From NCBI GenBank assembly GCA_028286605.1, contig JAQBRE010000002.1, positions 1 to 58,218 of the forward strand: a stretch of 58,218 nucleotides of DNA, read 5' to 3'. The notes below the pieces were generated by a model. The model saw only the letters and a list, made by a program, of their open reading frames with translations. It had not been told where the DNA came from and searched no databases. The translations under genes and the position numbers were made by a program. The DNA is from Parcubacteria group bacterium (GTDB lineage Bacteria > Patescibacteriota > Minisyncoccia > Phycocordibacterales > Phycocordibacteraceae). How positions within the stretch are numbered: position 1 is the stretch's first letter; every line of letters starts with the position of its first letter. Of this stretch, positions 16,559 to 26,048 are shown piece by piece.

Positions 16559-17617
16559 TTAGCCGTTAACGAGCGCAGCGGCTGACTTCTTGTGCTTTTC
16601 GTAATCTGTAAGGAATTCACGTAGCACCGCCGCGAACGGAACAGAAAGCAGAACGCCGAGGAAGCCGATAAGAGTGCCGCCTGCGATGAGCGCAAGTATT
16701 ACGAGCAGCGGCGGGATGCCGACCACCTTGTTCACGACGAGCGGATAGATAAGATGTGCCTCAAGCTGATTGACGATTACATAGAGACCCGCGGCGTACA
16801 GCGCGAGGCCGATGCCGCCAGACGTGAACGCGATAAGCACCGCTGCGATGCCGGCGACGAAGGATCCGAAGATCGGAATAAGATCGAACAACGCAGCCAT
16901 TACTGCAAGTAGCAGCGCGTAGGGCACGCCCATGATGAGCAGACCGAGATATATCGTGACGCCGATGAGCAACGAAAGCAGCAGCTGACCCTGCATCCAT
17001 TGGCCGATCTTCTTCTGTGCGCGATGCCACAGATTCACGGCATACTCTTCCCGTTTCGAAGGAGTAACCAGGCGAATGAAATCTTCCACACCAGTATCCT
17101 GAAGCGCTAAATAGAATGAAAGTACGATAACAAGAACGAAGGAAAACAGGCCGCCGAATACTACGGACGCAAGTCGCAACGTCCCTTGTGACGAATCAAC
17201 GAAGGCGGCACGATACGCGAAGATCGTATTCAGAACAGCATGCACCGTGCCACCATCCGTTGATATAGGTGCGAGGCTGGGAATATTCAGGAGCGGGAGA
17301 TCAAAGCCAGCGAGATACTGCGGCAGTATCGTTACCAAGCCCTGCGCGTCAGCGAGTATCGGCGGAAGGAAGAAATAGACCAGGCTGAAGATACCGCCCA
17401 GCACAATAAGGTACATCACGATCACTGAAATGATACGTGGAATATGACGCTTCGCGAAAAACATGACGCCTGGCTCGATTGCCGTGGCTACGACGATAGC
17501 GGTAATGATCAAGAGCACCAGATCCCGAAGCATCCAAGCGACATAGGCGAGGACGGCGATGAAAATCGCCCGAATGAAGGTGCCGGAGGTAATTGAGATC
17601 GATGTGTGCTTTTCCAT
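16559..17617 (-). CDS. AI-2E (PerM/UPF0118) family transporter
   Basis: 352 aa with about 8 TM helices and the characteristic ...IPIFGSFVAGIAAVLIAF... segment. Confidence 0.8.
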   Translation of the reverse strand: MEKHTSISITSGTFIRAIFIAVLAYVAWMLRDLVLLIITAIVVATAIEPGVMFFAKRHIPRIISVIVMYLIVLGGIFSLVYFFLPPILADAQGLVTILPQYLAGFDLPLLNIPSLAPISTDGGTVHAVLNTIFAYRAAFVDSSQGTLRLASVVFGGLFSFVLVIVLSFYLALQDTGVEDFIRLVTPSKREEYAVNLWHRAQKKIGQWMQGQLLLSLLIGVTIYLGLLIMGVPYALLLAVMAALFDLIPIFGSFVAGIAAVLIAFTSGGIGLALYAAGLYVIVNQLEAHLIYPLVVNKVVGIPPLLVILALIAGGTLIGFLGVLLSVPFAAVLREFLTDYEKHKKSAAALVNG

Positions 17618-17643
17618 ACCCCTATGCTAGCACAATGGCCGTA

Positions 17644-18981
17644 TTACAGGCTCGTTCGGATGCGCTCTGCTGCTTCGGCAATGCTTACGCGTTCCTGTTC
17701 CCCGCTATCGCGATGGCGCAGCGTAACGGTATCGAGCAAATCAGGATTCTCTCCCAACGTATCGAAATCGATAGTGATGCAGAAGGGCGTACCGATTTCA
17801 TCCTGACGACGATACCGCTTACCGATGTTGCCGTTGTCGTCCCACGCGATTGCCGGATGCACCTTCTGTAGCACAGCGCGAACTTCACGCGCCTTCGCCA
17901 CGAGCTCTGGCTTGTTCTTCAGGAGCGGAGCGACCATCGCTTTGACTGGTGCGATCGCAGGCGGAAGCGCGAGGTACGAGCGCTTCTCTCCGCCAAGATC
18001 GTCTTCACGGTATGCGCTTAAGAGCACAGCAAGCAGGGTGCGATCAACGCCGAGTGATGGTTCAATAACGTGCGGAATGAATTTCTCTTTTAATTCTTCA
18101 TCGAGGTACTCAAGCTTCGCGCCCGATGCTTCCTGATGCGCCTTCAGATCGAAATCACCGCGATATGCGAGGCCCCACAGTTCTTTGCGACCGAACGGAT
18201 AGTCGAATTCAAAATCGATCGTGCGCTCTGAATAATGCGCGAGGTCTGCTTTCTCAACTTCGAGCTCATGTACTTCTGAAAGGCCGAGCGCTTTCGCGAA
18301 CTCATGCATGAGCGCCTGCAATTCTGAGAACGCGTCCTTCCACCCTGATTCCTTTACGAAATATTCTATCTCCATCTGCTCGAGCTCGCGGAGGCGGAAG
18401 ATGAAATCACGTGGCGCTATCTCGTTACGGAAGGCCTTCCCTATCTGCGCGATACCGAACGGCAATTTAGGGTGCATCGAATCCACGACATTCTTGAAGT
18501 TCACGAAGATACCACCGGCTGTTTCAGGCCGCAGATATACGGTCGCTGATTCGTCTTCCGTTGAGCCCGCCTTCGTCGCGAACATCATATTGAACTGACG
18601 CACTTCACCGAAGGTGTGTTCCTTTCCGCATGACGGACACTTTTCCGGATTCTCGAGCTGGTCTGCGCGGAACCGCTTCTTGCAGTTCGAACATTCGACG
18701 AGCGGATCAGAGAATCCGCTCACATGACCGGACGCTTCCCACGCTTTCGGATTCATCAGGATAGCGGCGTCTAGGCGATACATATCATCACGCATATCCA
18801 CGAACATGCGCCACCAAAGATTCTTAATGTTGTCTTTCAGTACTGCACCCATCGGTCCGTAGTCGAAGGTTCCGGCAAGGCCGCCGTAAATTTCCGAGCC
18901 AGGGAAAATGAAACCGCGACGCTTGGCGAGCGCGACGATAGTTTCGAGAGTTACGTTGTCGGAAGAATTGGATGGTTCCAT
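17644..18981 (-). CDS. glyQS: Glycyl-tRNA synthetase (homodimeric class II type)
   Basis: LAKRRGFIFPGSEIYGGLAGTFDYGPMGAVLKDNIKNLWW. Class II motifs and a C-terminal anticodon-binding domain. Confidence 0.92.
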   Translation of the reverse strand: MEPSNSSDNVTLETIVALAKRRGFIFPGSEIYGGLAGTFDYGPMGAVLKDNIKNLWWRMFVDMRDDMYRLDAAILMNPKAWEASGHVSGFSDPLVECSNCKKRFRADQLENPEKCPSCGKEHTFGEVRQFNMMFATKAGSTEDESATVYLRPETAGGIFVNFKNVVDSMHPKLPFGIAQIGKAFRNEIAPRDFIFRLRELEQMEIEYFVKESGWKDAFSELQALMHEFAKALGLSEVHELEVEKADLAHYSERTIDFEFDYPFGRKELWGLAYRGDFDLKAHQEASGAKLEYLDEELKEKFIPHVIEPSLGVDRTLLAVLLSAYREDDLGGEKRSYLALPPAIAPVKAMVAPLLKNKPELVAKAREVRAVLQKVHPAIAWDDNGNIGKRYRRQDEIGTPFCITIDFDTLGENPDLLDTVTLRHRDSGEQERVSIAEAAERIRTSL

Positions 18982-18986
18982 GAAAA

Positions 18987-20846
18987 TTATTTAACCGTGT
19001 CTGAGACGAGCGCATCCGCGCTTGCCGTTACCTGCGCCTGCGTGAAGCGGTCGGTTCCGGTGAGCGTCTGCGTCGGAATCACTATAGGACTTGTACCTTT
19101 CTGCGAAACGCTTGGCAAGAGCGATACATTAAACGTGGCTGATGCGTTCGCCCCTGAGGCAAGGTCGCCGATAGCCCACGAGACCGTACGACTCGAATCA
19201 TCATACGTTATCGGCGTCTGGCTGCCACTTACCTGACCGGTGAAGGTTACATAGGAAGGAAGGATCGTCGTGACTATCACGCCGCCGACGCTGTTGATCG
19301 AATTTACAGCATTCAGGGTTACGGTGTAGGTGGTCGGGGTATTCGGTGTCGGCGGAGTCGGGCCGGTCGCGTGCTGGATCTTCGAAGAAAGCGAAACGTC
19401 CGTTCCGATTTTCACCGTGCGCGTTGCGGTTGAAGTGAGTGTACCGCCTGTAGTACCGCCGCGCGTGCCGGTAACCATGAAATTAAGTATGACGGTTGGG
19501 TTTCGCACACCACTCCTCGGCGTGAACGAGAATGCGCCGGTACCGCTATCGTTCGGCTGCAGGAGCGCGAGATTCGGATTCGAATCCTTATCGAAGACGA
19601 TAGTGTTATCACTCGAGCGATAGAATCCGTTCTGCGCAACGACCGTGTTCGGATCGAATGCCGTACCCGAGAATGTTACGGAAACCTGCGCATTCGCGAC
19701 CGGGTCCGTAAGGCTATTGAGCCAGGAAACAGTCCCTTGCACCGGCTGCCCTGCTGGCACGGTAACCGGATCATCGCTCGCCCTATTAAGGGCAACCGTG
19801 AGACCGAGCAGCGGCTTCGCTATAGCGACGATTGCATCGCTGCTCATGTACGAAAGCCCCAGAGCAGCCGAGCCATCACTCTTCGCCGTGCCTGCCGTGA
19901 AGTGGAAGACCTGCTGATCCCCTTCTGAACCCGTGAGCGTCCCCGTAACAGTCACTATCTTTTCCTCGCCAGGCGCGAAGGTGCCGAGCGCGAAGTACGA
20001 ACCGCTCGTCGCTGCCGGCGTCGCATTCGTCGCGACGAAACCGAATGGATATTGAGCGAGCAATGAAATATTAGAAAGCGCCGTCGTTGCATTTGAACGC
20101 ACGGAAACACGCAGCGTTACGGGCTGTCCGCTCGTCACCTGCGTTACGCCCGTAACACCCACCGATACCGGCGAAGTGGTTACCGTAAGGATATAGTTCT
20201 GATCCTTCATCGTGGTCGCGTTGGAACCCGTCGTGTGATATTCGACGTGAATCGGAATCGTAAGCGCCTGGTTCTCTGCGCCGAAAAGCACAGCGCGTAC
20301 CGTACGCTGTACTTCGGTGCCAGGCGCGATATCACCGAGCGTATCGGAATACTGGTCGAGCGCCTGATCCGTATTGTCTGCGTTGCGCGTGCCATCCGGA
20401 AGATTAACGGTGATGGTCGCTGCGTTCATCGGCACGGGGTTGTTGTTCTTTATTGAAATGAGAATCGGTACCGTATCCCCGCTCGCGATAGTGGTCGGTC
20501 CCTGCACATCAATCGTTACGTTCGACGCAGAAACGCTGCGGCCGCCGAAGACGATGAAGAGTGCCGCGATGATACCGGCGATCGCGAAGAACGCGCCAGC
20601 ACCGATAAGGAACCAAAGCGAGAGCGGAAGCTTAGTGCGCGCCGGTTTGATGATAGGAGGGGGCGGAGGCGTCCACGCGCCCGTACTTGCCGGTCGGCCC
20701 TGCGAAAGGACTTCCGGCGTTACTGTCTGCGTCGGTTTCGGCGCGTACAATCGCGCGCGCAGCGTATCAAGAGGATCATTCCCTACAGCCATATGCCCAT
20801 CAGTATAACGCGCGTCGCTGCTTGAGTAATCACCTTGCTCATGCAT
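18987..20846 (-). CDS. Large membrane-anchored protein with repeated beta-sandwich (CARDB/DUF11-like) modules
   Basis: 619 aa. Pro-rich cytoplasmic N-terminus, one TM helix (LSLWFLIGAGAFFAIAGIIAALFIVFG), then repeated T/S/V-rich modules. Start may be 20792. Confidence 0.65.
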   Translation of the reverse strand: MHEQGDYSSSDARYTDGHMAVGNDPLDTLRARLYAPKPTQTVTPEVLSQGRPASTGAWTPPPPPIIKPARTKLPLSLWFLIGAGAFFAIAGIIAALFIVFGGRSVSASNVTIDVQGPTTIASGDTVPILISIKNNNPVPMNAATITVNLPDGTRNADNTDQALDQYSDTLGDIAPGTEVQRTVRAVLFGAENQALTIPIHVEYHTTGSNATTMKDQNYILTVTTSPVSVGVTGVTQVTSGQPVTLRVSVRSNATTALSNISLLAQYPFGFVATNATPAATSGSYFALGTFAPGEEKIVTVTGTLTGSEGDQQVFHFTAGTAKSDGSAALGLSYMSSDAIVAIAKPLLGLTVALNRASDDPVTVPAGQPVQGTVSWLNSLTDPVANAQVSVTFSGTAFDPNTVVAQNGFYRSSDNTIVFDKDSNPNLALLQPNDSGTGAFSFTPRSGVRNPTVILNFMVTGTRGGTTGGTLTSTATRTVKIGTDVSLSSKIQHATGPTPPTPNTPTTYTVTLNAVNSINSVGGVIVTTILPSYVTFTGQVSGSQTPITYDDSSRTVSWAIGDLASGANASATFNVSLLPSVSQKGTSPIVIPTQTLTGTDRFTQAQVTASADALVSDTVK

Positions 20847-20847
20847 A

Positions 20848-21897
20848 ATGCGCTTGGATCAACATTGTTCTGCTCGGGAGGGCATCATGACAAGAGCCTT
20901 AAGCGTACACATGCTTATGTATCCCACTGATATGTCTCCCTGGCCTCCGAAGCCAGCTGACACGACCGGTAAGTATCCCTGCAAGGCATCTGCCGGTAAT
21001 CCTACGCGCTACGATAACTGCACTGACCTGAATACGATACCGCACCAGCAGAAACGCTTCTGCAAAGGATGCCGCTGCCCATGGAGAGTCTGTGTCGCCT
21101 GTTCGTCACAGCATGCCGCCGCGCCGGATATTCGGGAGATTGATCCTGAGACCGGACTCTGCAGATGGCATACGGAATTTGGCACTGAAGCGATTCGCCC
21201 TTCGGAAGAAATCCCAGAAATACGACGTAGAAGCATCTCGGCAATTAAACATATTGATGCCAAGCCTACGGATGATGATAACGACGAGAAATATGATGGT
21301 GCTTCTGCCGAGTTCGACGTCGAACTAGTCACTCACTACTCGTTGATCGCGCATGAACGCTTCCATGGGCGACGCCGATTAATCATGCGATATCTCGAAC
21401 AGAGTGTAAGCCGAACGGAAATTGCGAAGCGTATTCGTACGCAGCCTGGTACGCTCGGCACCACGATTCTTGATATGGGTCGCATCTTGAAAGTCGACCT
21501 CAGTACGGTAGAGATGAGTTCAAAGACCGAATACATGTGCATGCTACTCATACAGATAGCGCGGCACATGCAAGAGAACGGTACCTTAGAAAAGGAAATG
21601 CCTCTGGAAGCATTCGTTCTGAGCGAAGAGCACATCGCCACATTTGCTGCGCGCATTGCGAATTTCAACTGTCGGTGGCGGAAAATCATCGAATACCTCG
21701 TACAAGGTAAAGATCGTCCCGAGATCGCGTTGATCATAGGACGCCCTGTGCGATCGGTTACGATCACGACTATCAAGATGGGTTTGGCCCTCAAGATACC
21801 GACCAGATTCATGCTGTCAGGTTCAAAAGCAGATTTGATCACAACGATTCTGATAGCTGCTGCAAAACATCCGAGCTCGAAAATTATGACCGAGTGA
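20848..21897 (+). CDS. Hypothetical Cys-rich protein with two LuxR/sigma-region-4-like HTH modules
   Basis: N-terminal Cys cluster (FCKGCRCPWRVCVACS). Two similar segments: RRRLIMRYLEQSVSRTEIAKRIRTQPGTLGTTILDMGRILKV and RWRKIIEYLVQGKDRPEIALIIGRPVRSVTITTIKMGLALKI. The true start is probably a downstream ATG (20887-20929). Confidence 0.5.
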   Translation: MRLDQHCSAREGIMTRALSVHMLMYPTDMSPWPPKPADTTGKYPCKASAGNPTRYDNCTDLNTIPHQQKRFCKGCRCPWRVCVACSSQHAAAPDIREIDPETGLCRWHTEFGTEAIRPSEEIPEIRRRSISAIKHIDAKPTDDDNDEKYDGASAEFDVELVTHYSLIAHERFHGRRRLIMRYLEQSVSRTEIAKRIRTQPGTLGTTILDMGRILKVDLSTVEMSSKTEYMCMLLIQIARHMQENGTLEKEMPLEAFVLSEEHIATFAARIANFNCRWRKIIEYLVQGKDRPEIALIIGRPVRSVTITTIKMGLALKIPTRFMLSGSKADLITTILIAAAKHPSSKIMTE

Positions 21898-21910
21898 GGA
21901 TTCCAAAATC

Positions 21911-21943
21911 GGGCGGGACGAAAGTCCCGCCCTTTTCTTTTTA
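21911..21943. terminator. Bidirectional terminator between gene 20848-21897 and recO
   Basis: GGGCGGGAC-GAAA-GTCCCGCCC followed by TTTTCTTTTT. Confidence 0.8.
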
Positions 21944-21951
21944 TATGTACT

Positions 21952-22521
21952 CTAAAGACCTGAAGCGGCGATGCCGCGATTTATGCGGGAGATGATGTCT
22001 TTACGATCAGCTTCAACAGCGGCACGTGTCGCTTCGCTGAAGTCTTCATCGCTTTCGCCCGGTATGACACCTGCATCTAAGCCGAGCGTTCGGAGTATGC
22101 GCAGCACAGCGAGACACTCTGCTGCATCCTGTTCTTCTTCGGAAAGATTCGCGAGCGAGCCGATGAAATTCGTATAGATAATGAATAGAGCAGGATCGTT
22201 CACTTCGCCGCGTACGAAACGCAGCATGAGCTCCGCGACGCGTCCGGCACGGACGCGTGCCTTGAACGGAAGCGCACGAGACCAGTCGCGCGCAAGGATA
22301 CTACCCGCTAACCGCCAGCCCTCCTTCCCTTTTAGCAGAGTGACATCCGATTCTGCGAGCGTTTGCAGGCCAGCACTCATCTTCGCGCCTGGTTTGCGCA
22401 GCCCCTGGCTGCGCGCGCGTATCACACCGAAGTCGCCGGTGAGCAAGGTAACGAGCGAACTCGCTTCCGAAAGCGGAAATCGTGCGAGCGCTATCGCTGC
22501 TGTGGTGTATTTATGCCGCAT
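21952..22521 (-). CDS. recO: DNA repair protein RecO
   Basis: MRHKYTTAAIALARFPLSEASSLVTLLTGDFGVIRARSQGLRKPGAKM.... The ATG at 22521 overlaps the ileS stop (ATGCGGCATAA). The ORF-track extension to 22647 lies inside ileS. Confidence 0.85.
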   Translation of the reverse strand: MRHKYTTAAIALARFPLSEASSLVTLLTGDFGVIRARSQGLRKPGAKMSAGLQTLAESDVTLLKGKEGWRLAGSILARDWSRALPFKARVRAGRVAELMLRFVRGEVNDPALFIIYTNFIGSLANLSEEEQDAAECLAVLRILRTLGLDAGVIPGESDEDFSEATRAAVEADRKDIISRINRGIAASGL

Positions 22522-25500
22522 CGAGAGAAACAGCGAATAGTATCTTCCCTGTCGAAAGGTCTGCTGCATAGGGAACGTCGGATGGTGCGTCGAAGGTAAG
22601 AGATGTTGTTCCGCTGATAGATGTACCTTCGAGTATCGTGCGCGCATTTTCAGAAACCTGTACGGAAACAGAATCCTTCGGAGAAAGATTCATGGTCTTG
22701 CGGGCGTCGGCGAGTGCGCGCATGAATGCACGCACGTCGCCTTCGCGAATGAGTTCAAGAGTGAGTTCAAGATCAAGCGTTACCTCTTCCTGTTCTGCAA
22801 GTACTTCCTTTACGTTCACTTCTTCGGCAAGTATCTCTACGAGCTCGCTGCTAAGGCCGCCTGGAATAGAAAGTTTGGCGAGTGGCTGACGCACGACGAT
22901 GTTCGCTTTCTGGCGGAGCTGAAGCGCTTGCGAAGCAAGCGCTCGCACGCGTGCCATTTCTTCAATCAACTCCTCATCTACTTCCGTGGCAAGCGGCCAC
23001 GAAGTGAGGTGCACGCTCTCTGGTTCGTCTTCCACGCGTACGGCGCGATATACATATTCCGCAGTGAACGGAGCGAATGGCGCCATGAGTTTTGCCGTGT
23101 CAGAAAGAATGGATCGAAGCGTACTGAGCGCGAGCTGCGCATCTTCCCCGCCGCGCATGCGGTCGCGCGAGCGACGAACATACCACTGTGAAAGATCACC
23201 GATGAATTCACGCAACTCGCGTGTTGCCGTAAACAGATCGTATGCATCGAGTGCAGCCGTCATACGTGCAGCAGTCTGTGCGAAGCGCGCGCGTATCCAG
23301 CGATCCACGACGTGCGTACTCTCTTTTGCTTCCTTCGCCATATCCGCATCCGCATACGACTCATAGAATGCGAGCGCGTTCACGAATGGATTGAATACCT
23401 TATTCGCCACTTCCGTGACGGTCTTCTCATCGAAACTCTTGGAGTCCCCAGGCTGATTCACGCTGTACATCCAGAAGCGAAGCGTGTCTGCGCCCCAGCG
23501 TTCTATCGCCTCCCACGGATTTACGATATTGCCCTTACTCTTACTCATCTTCGCTCCCTTTTCGTCCAGCAAGTGGCCGAGACAAATAACGTTCTTATAC
23601 GGCGTACCGCGGCCCATAAGCACGCCCACAGCGAGCAGCGTGTAGAACCAGCCACGAGTCTGATCTATCGCTTCTGAAATAAAATCTGCAGGATACCCGT
23701 TCCCTTCTATCCATTCCTTGTTCTCGAACGGATAGTGATCTTCTGCGAATGGCATCGCGCCAGAATCGAACCACACATCCATCACTTCCTTCACGCGCTT
23801 CAGTTCAGTACCAGTATCAGAAAGAAGCACGACGTCGTCGATATACGGGCGATGCAGATCGAGCTCGTATGAATCGTTGTGCGGAAGCGGAATAAAGGTA
23901 AGTTCTTTCGGCGTCGCGTAGGTCGGCAACTTGTTGCCGACCATACCGCGTGAACCCGATGCGTCCGCCACCTCAGCGACAGCCATTGCCGCCTCGAAGC
24001 CGACACCGTGCGTAACGATGAGAATATTTTCATTCGTATATTTCTGCTCGAGCTCATACATGAATGAACCGAAACGGTTCTTCACATCCTGATAGCTTTC
24101 GCCGCCGGGGATGCGATCTGTGTAGCCGCAGGTATCGCGATACTTCTTGAACTCCTCGAGAGCCTTTCCATTGAAATCTCCGAAATCGAACTCACGAAGA
24201 CGCTCATCGGTATGAATCGATGATGCAGAGAAATCGAGCACTTCCGCCACGGCAGCAGCGGTCTCGCACGTGCGTGTAAGCGGCGACGCAAAGATCTTCG
24301 TTATATTCGCATCCTTCAATTGTGCGCCGCCGGCAGCTGCCTGCGCGCGGCCGTTCTCAGTAAGCGAAGACGGAAACGTCGCATCATCTTTCGTCGCGAT
24401 CGATTTCAGATTGTGCTCCGACTCCCCGTGGCGCATTACGAAATACTTGTTGCCGCTCTTCTTCACGCGCTGTTTCAGTTCTTCAACCGAGCCGATCATG
24501 ACGCGCTCAGTTCCGTCTGCATTCTCCCAAATAGGGAGCGGCGTTCCCCAATAGCGTTCACGTGATATCGCCCAGTCCTTGTCGCCGGCAAGCCACTCCC
24601 CCATGCGGCCATCGCGAATATGCGCCGGCTCCCAATTCACCTTCTGATTCTCTGCAACGAGCGTCGGGCGCAGATCGCTCATGCGGATGTACCACGAATC
24701 ACGTGCGTAATAGATGAGCGGTGTCTTGCAGCGCCAGCAGAACGGATAACTGTGCAGATGATTCTCTTGTGAGAAGAACAGATTACGCTTCTTGAGGTCG
24801 TCGATGATATCCACGGCGAGCGTGGGCTTTCCGTTCTCGTCAGCTTCCTTAACAAAGCGGCCTTCAAGGAATCCTGTTCCTGGAACGAACGTACCATCCG
24901 GCGCGACTAGATGTACCTTCGGCAAGCCGACTTTCGTGCCGAGTTCGAAATCTTCCTGCCCGTACATTACGGCGGTGTGCACGATGCCCGTACCATCTTC
25001 GGTCGTAACGAAGTCTGCAGCGTACACCTTGAACGCATTCTCGAATTTCGGCTTCTCTGTTTCCGAAGCGAGCGCTTCTGCGAATGGATAGAGCGGCTTA
25101 TATGATTTACCAATTAATTCATTCGTACTCATAGAGCCGATGTGATTCCATCCTTCAGGCAAGACTTCTTTTCGCGTATTCGCAAGAACTACTTTCTCGC
25201 CGTCTTTTTCATACACGGCATACTCGATGTCCTTCCCTACGGCGAGGCCTACGTTTCCAGGCAGCGTCCACGGCGTCGTCGTCCACGCAAGAAGATACGT
25301 ACCAGGCTCATCAACGAGTTCGAACTTCACCGTAACGGAAAGATCTTTCACGTCTGCATAGCCCTGCGCGAGTTCGTGCGTTGAAAGCGCAGTGCCGCAG
25401 CGCGCGCACCATGGAAGCACTTTGTAGTCCTTATATATACGACCATCATCGCCGATCTTCTTGAAGATCGACCAGACCGATTCCATGTACGGCGCGTTGA

Positions 25501-25957
25501 AGGTGAAGTACGCCTTCGATTGATCCACCCAGTAGCCGACACGGTCGGTGAAGCGCGCCCACTCTTCTATGTATTCAAAAACGCTCTCACGGCACTTCTT
25601 ATTGAAAGCAGCGATCCCATATACTTCGATATCCGGCTTTCCCTTGAAACCGAGCTTCTTCTCAACCTCGAGCTCAACCGGAAGGCCATGCGTGTCCCAA
25701 CCGGCACGACGCGGCACATGATAGCCGTGCATCGTCTTGTATCGCGGAATGGCATCCTTGAAGGAACGTGATTCCATGTGGTGCACGCCGGGGCGGCCAT
25801 TCGCTGTTGGCGGTCCTTCATAAAAGATGAAATCACCTTCGGTGGCCGGCTTTTCAAGCGACTTCTCGAAGATATGGTTCTCCTTCCAGAACGCCAGGAT
25901 CTCTTCCTCGCGCTTCACTGCGTCGGTCTTTTCTGGGGTCTCGCCGGTTTCAGCCAT
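22511..25957 (-). CDS. ileS: Isoleucyl-tRNA synthetase carrying an inserted histidine-phosphatase domain
   Basis: PPTANGRPGVHH (HIGH-type), CP1 editing region, KMSKS (GAKMSKSKGN), long C-terminal anticodon-binding region. 1148 aa because of a ~190-aa insertion at aa ~503-695. Confidence 0.93.
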   Translation of the reverse strand: MAETGETPEKTDAVKREEEILAFWKENHIFEKSLEKPATEGDFIFYEGPPTANGRPGVHHMESRSFKDAIPRYKTMHGYHVPRRAGWDTHGLPVELEVEKKLGFKGKPDIEVYGIAAFNKKCRESVFEYIEEWARFTDRVGYWVDQSKAYFTFNAPYMESVWSIFKKIGDDGRIYKDYKVLPWCARCGTALSTHELAQGYADVKDLSVTVKFELVDEPGTYLLAWTTTPWTLPGNVGLAVGKDIEYAVYEKDGEKVVLANTRKEVLPEGWNHIGSMSTNELIGKSYKPLYPFAEALASETEKPKFENAFKVYAADFVTTEDGTGIVHTAVMYGQEDFELGTKVGLPKVHLVAPDGTFVPGTGFLEGRFVKEADENGKPTLAVDIIDDLKKRNLFFSQENHLHSYPFCWRCKTPLIYYARDSWYIRMSDLRPTLVAENQKVNWEPAHIRDGRMGEWLAGDKDWAISRERYWGTPLPIWENADGTERVMIGSVEELKQRVKKSGNKYFVMRHGESEHNLKSIATKDDATFPSSLTENGRAQAAAGGAQLKDANITKIFASPLTRTCETAAAVAEVLDFSASSIHTDERLREFDFGDFNGKALEEFKKYRDTCGYTDRIPGGESYQDVKNRFGSFMYELEQKYTNENILIVTHGVGFEAAMAVAEVADASGSRGMVGNKLPTYATPKELTFIPLPHNDSYELDLHRPYIDDVVLLSDTGTELKRVKEVMDVWFDSGAMPFAEDHYPFENKEWIEGNGYPADFISEAIDQTRGWFYTLLAVGVLMGRGTPYKNVICLGHLLDEKGAKMSKSKGNIVNPWEAIERWGADTLRFWMYSVNQPGDSKSFDEKTVTEVANKVFNPFVNALAFYESYADADMAKEAKESTHVVDRWIRARFAQTAARMTAALDAYDLFTATRELREFIGDLSQWYVRRSRDRMRGGEDAQLALSTLRSILSDTAKLMAPFAPFTAEYVYRAVRVEDEPESVHLTSWPLATEVDEELIEEMARVRALASQALQLRQKANIVVRQPLAKLSIPGGLSSELVEILAEEVNVKEVLAEQEEVTLDLELTLELIREGDVRAFMRALADARKTMNLSPKDSVSVQVSENARTILEGTSISGTTSLTFDAPSDVPYAADLSTGKILFAVSLDAA
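23870..24451 (-). other. In-frame histidine phosphatase (PGAM-like) domain inserted within ileS
   Basis: YFVMRHGESEHN, LTENGRAQA, IFASPLTRTCETA, LREFDFGDFNG, GGESYQDV, ILIVTHGVGF. All hallmark catalytic positions appear present. Confidence 0.8.
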
Positions 25958-25983
25958 GTTCTATTCATCCTATCGTTCACCGT

Positions 25984-26022
25984 ATAAAAAGGAAATGGCC
26001 CAGCCACGCGTACGCGGCTGGA
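25984..26022 (-). terminator. Terminator-like hairpin after gene 26049-26426
   Basis: CCAGCC..(10 nt)..GGCTGG, followed on the minus strand by CCATTTCCTTTTTAT. Confidence 0.5.
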
Positions 26023-26048
26023 CCATATTCGTTTGTTTGCTCGGAACG

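Noticed and set aside
19576-19587. GGATTCGAATCC, a T-loop-like string suggesting a tRNA. Similar strings occur near 15004 and 27821.
   Set aside because: All lie inside well-supported CDSs. No acceptor or anticodon stems can be built around them. No tRNA was found in any intergenic gap.
23870-24451. Intein or mobile insertion inside ileS.
   Set aside because: There is no Cys/Ser at the N-terminal junction, no His-Asn plus Cys/Ser/Thr at the C-terminal junction, and no endonuclease motifs. The insert has a complete histidine-phosphatase motif set instead.
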